A stretch of 64,000 nt of DNA from Paraspadella gotoi (Eukaryota > Animalia > Chaetognatha), in assembly GCA_051294375.1 (NCBI GenBank), contig CM119263.1, forward strand, positions 17,404,171-17,468,170, read 5' to 3'. The notes under the pieces are model-generated. The model saw nothing but the letters and a program-made list of their open reading frames with translations. It made no database searches and was not told where the DNA came from. The translations under genes and the position numbers were made by a program. This document shows, in pieces, positions 60,628 to 64,000 of this stretch (its first letter is position 1; every line of letters starts with the position of its first letter).

Positions 60628-63515
60628 CGCAAACCGTAGGGTCTTTCGCTAATTACTCTTGAGACACGGTAGCTGCCGCCCTCTTGAGCTCTGAGCAGCG
60701 AGCAAACAGATCCTTCATGTCAGGGAACTGGCGTTCGGAAATATTTTGGTTCGGATTTCCAGACGATAGAGATCTTAGAGATAAAATAAACATGAATGAT
60801 GAGATTGATATACTGTAATACTAATTTTTTACTCCCCTTTTACAATCTTATTATCAACATTTGTTGAATTTAACCTATTAGTTAAATTGGGGCAGCCTGG
60901 AATCTATTTAGATTTGAAAAGTTGTCTTTACGCACATCTGTCCTTTCTCGTTTATGCCATGACATTCTCTCCACGAGCCTTAAGACAAGGCCGCCGTCGG
61001 ACGCGACGACGACGACGACGACGATATGACGAACGACGACGATTTTCGCTTATTTGATTAAAAAAAAGAAGAAAGAAGGAAGCTGAGAAAAGCTGAAAAA
61101 AAGAAGCTAAAAATAGAAGAAAGAGATAAAGGGAACTTCCGTCGCCCATTTTGAAAATTCGGAAGGGAAATTTGTTCTGTACCGAGATCGACGCAAACGA
61201 ACCCAAAACAAGGAAATCGCTGGGAGGATTAATGTCTTCGGCGAATACGTTCAAATATTAAAAAAAAAAAACTTAATCTCAACACAAGCAAGACTCGAAC
61301 AGCCACGGGACAGCACTCGAAAGAAAGAAGAATACGAAGAAGAACACAAAAAAAAAACTTCACAACAAAAAGATGCGGATTCACATAAAGTAAGAAAAAA
61401 AAAAGGCCACGAAAACAAACCCACAACAAAGTCGAATCTAAAAAAAATAAATTATTCCTTGGATCTGGAAAATGATGTTTTGAATGTTTTGATTCTTCTC
61501 TCACCCTTCTCTGCCTGCAACCGAATAAAAAACAACAAAATAACGAGGTACTTGCGTAAAAAGAAAAAATAAAAGAAAATAATAACAAAAACTCTCGAAA
61601 TCCTCCAAATAGGAAAAGATGGAGTAGATCAACGCCCTGACCTTTTATTTTCATTTCATTCGTCGTTTATTTGAAGCGCGGGAAAAAAAAACAAGAGATT
61701 TTGTGGATGAGAATTTGATTGTTTTTTCGCTTTGTTCTAATTATCGATCGATCGGCAGTTAGATGATCGCTGCCCGCGCGCGCGCTAGAACTCGTCAGCC
61801 CCAGACCAAAAACCACGACGACGACGACAACCGACGACGCAAAAAAAACGTTATAAAGAGGAACAAGCTTCCGAATCTCCCGAAAGAAAGAACAGAAATA
61901 ACGAACGTGTACGAACAAAGTCGGCGCGAAAAAAATCGGGAGCAAACTTAGACGAGACTCGTTTGCCAACGAACTTCGCAAGAATGAGCAACCATCTGAA
62001 CGAGAGGCTCCTCCACTTAAACAGCAACGCAACCATCAACCCGATCAAACCCCATCAACCCCATCACCTCACCAAACAAACGCACCTCTCTCCCGTCGCT
62101 CTTCCTTCCTCAATCTCCCCCGCGCGCCGCTAGTTTCGAAGCAAATTCCGCGCCCACGACGGCCGATCGACGGCGCCCACGACGCCGCTTGGCCGATTGC
62201 GCGCCGCTTTGACGCCAACGTTCGGCGATACAAGACGCCCGAAGATTTTTTGGAAACGACCGCCGACGACGGACGACGGAAACGACGACGTTTCTGACGA
62301 GGTGACGACGAATTGACGAAGAAGCGGACGATGGAGACGACGAACGACGACGACGACGACGATGAGACGACGACGGGGTGCTGAAGTGGACCTCGTCGCC
62401 GATCTTCGACGATTTCTGGAATTCGACCAAAGGCGTCGCCTCTGTCGAGTAAGAAAGGAATCCTTTGTCGACGCTTTCGTCGTTCGTTTTCGTTGTCTCT
62501 TATGTATCTTACGTCTTTTCATTCGTCCGAATCGTCGTCAGCTTCTGTTCGTTCGTCGTCATTTCTCAAACTTGTCGTTCGTCGAGTTTCTTTAAACGGA
62601 ATGATATCTATCCGTTAATTCGCAAGGGCGTAAACCGTCGTAATTGACAATTTTTCGTATATTTTCTTAGCTGTAGGCCGTATTTTGTTGTCTGATTTTT
62701 AATGTTCGTCACCCACAACAAAGCGCGTTAGTTAGAGGTTCTGCGCAGGCCGAACACTCGATTGAGTTTACATTTCGCGTTTTTTCTTTCAAAAAAAAAA
62801 GAAAAAAAAAGAAAAAGAAAATCTCTTTTCGCGATTCGCATTCATGTGGTTTATTCTTCTTCTCTCTTCTTTTTTCCTTTCTGTTTTTTTTTTTTTTAAT
62901 TTACGTTTCCGTCGGAATTCTCGAATGAACGCACTCGTTCATTTACTCGCATTAGTGATTGCTTCATTCAATCTTTTAATACATTCATTTCGCTAGATTA
63001 TCATTTCAACTATTTCCTTTTTTTATTTTTCCATTCATTCCTTTTCTTACATACAACTTCTCATTTCGTTTGTTCCGTTCAACCCCGCATTCATCCATCA
63101 CAGAATAACACGTTCATAGATTCATTTTTGACTTTTTGTCTGGACATCAATGCGAATCTTTTTTAAAATTTCAAAAGAAAAAAAAAGAATTCTTTTAATT
63201 TCACTCGTTTTCTCCGTCATCGTCATTAGCGACCGCAACCATTGAATCAGAATTCGTAAGGCATATAATTATACCCTGCTATTCAATCCGTCATGGTGAC
63301 CTTAACGAAAAATTTATCACATAGGCCTGTCCGTGCGACTTTAGACACGAGACATATTAAAATCGTGTCAAAATCCTACTTTTCCTGCAACGGATTTGTC
63401 GTATCGATTGCGCTATCATTTCCAGACTCAGCCTTTCATGCGCACGTCCGGTTATTAATTCGATCAGCTCACTTCATTAATCTTTATATATACACACACA
63501 CACACCACACACACT

Positions 63516-63567
<52 letters not shown>

Positions 63568-64000
63568 TCTCTCTTCTCCTCTCTCTCTCTTTTTTGTTTT
63601 TTCGTTTTCGTCTCCCTCTCTGATCTTCCTATTTCTCAATCTTAATCCACATCGTTTGTTTCTGTGGGTTTTATTTCTATTAATTATTCACTTTCATTTC
63701 GGCCTTATTCTTCTCTTTGGATCTTTTCTCATTTTTCTTTCTTTCCTCTTCTAATCGAAATTTGTCACATGATTCCCGTAAATATCGGGCATTGCTTTCA
63801 CTGTCACAACATTCCCCTCACTTATAGTTATATTAACGGAATACAAAATATTTTAATAATCTCTCTCTCTCTCTCTTTCTCACTCGCTCTGTCTCTCCTT
63901 CTTATACCATAGGTTTGCCCTTTACTAACAAAGTCGTAATGTCGATTGCGGAACCGCAAATTTGGCAAAATGTAAACAATAACAATAAGATAAACATTAT
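60628..64000 (+). repeat. Noisy direct duplicate of ~45259-48460; supplies sequence for the 47836-48013 N gap
   Basis: Colinear; CGCAAACCGT..GGGTCTTTCGC to TAAACATTAT. Confidence 0.9.

Overview
This is eukaryotic (animal) genomic DNA, most likely protostome, inferred from the two recognisable gene families. It has AT-rich introns, CpG/GAC-rich exons and dense (GA)n/(CT)n microsatellites. The assembly is a noisy draft: much of the window is present 2-4 times, including inverted copies, and the copies differ mainly by homopolymer indels around repeated 25-N gaps. Most ORFs in the track are microsatellite or frameshift artefacts. Three genes were reconstructed by hand through splice phases: (1) a Spitz/Keren/TGF-alpha-like membrane EGFR ligand with an unusual 8-Cys EGF domain (1486-4747, second copy 15445-18703); (2) a divergent ionotropic receptor (IR/iGluR superfamily) lacking the amino-terminal domain (25236-28833, plus partial copies); (3) a six-exon secreted His-rich acidic protein that I do not recognise (32558-29165, minus strand). 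Mobile and repeat content includes an internally deleted Tc1-like element, Helentron/DINE-1-like elements and an 18-bp minisatellite. The most interesting signal is a ~220-bp interspersed element whose copies together reconstruct a circularly permuted (type-P5) twister-ribozyme-like fold. It lies in sense orientation within introns of two different genes. All calls come from reading the sequence; no searches or folding programs were run.
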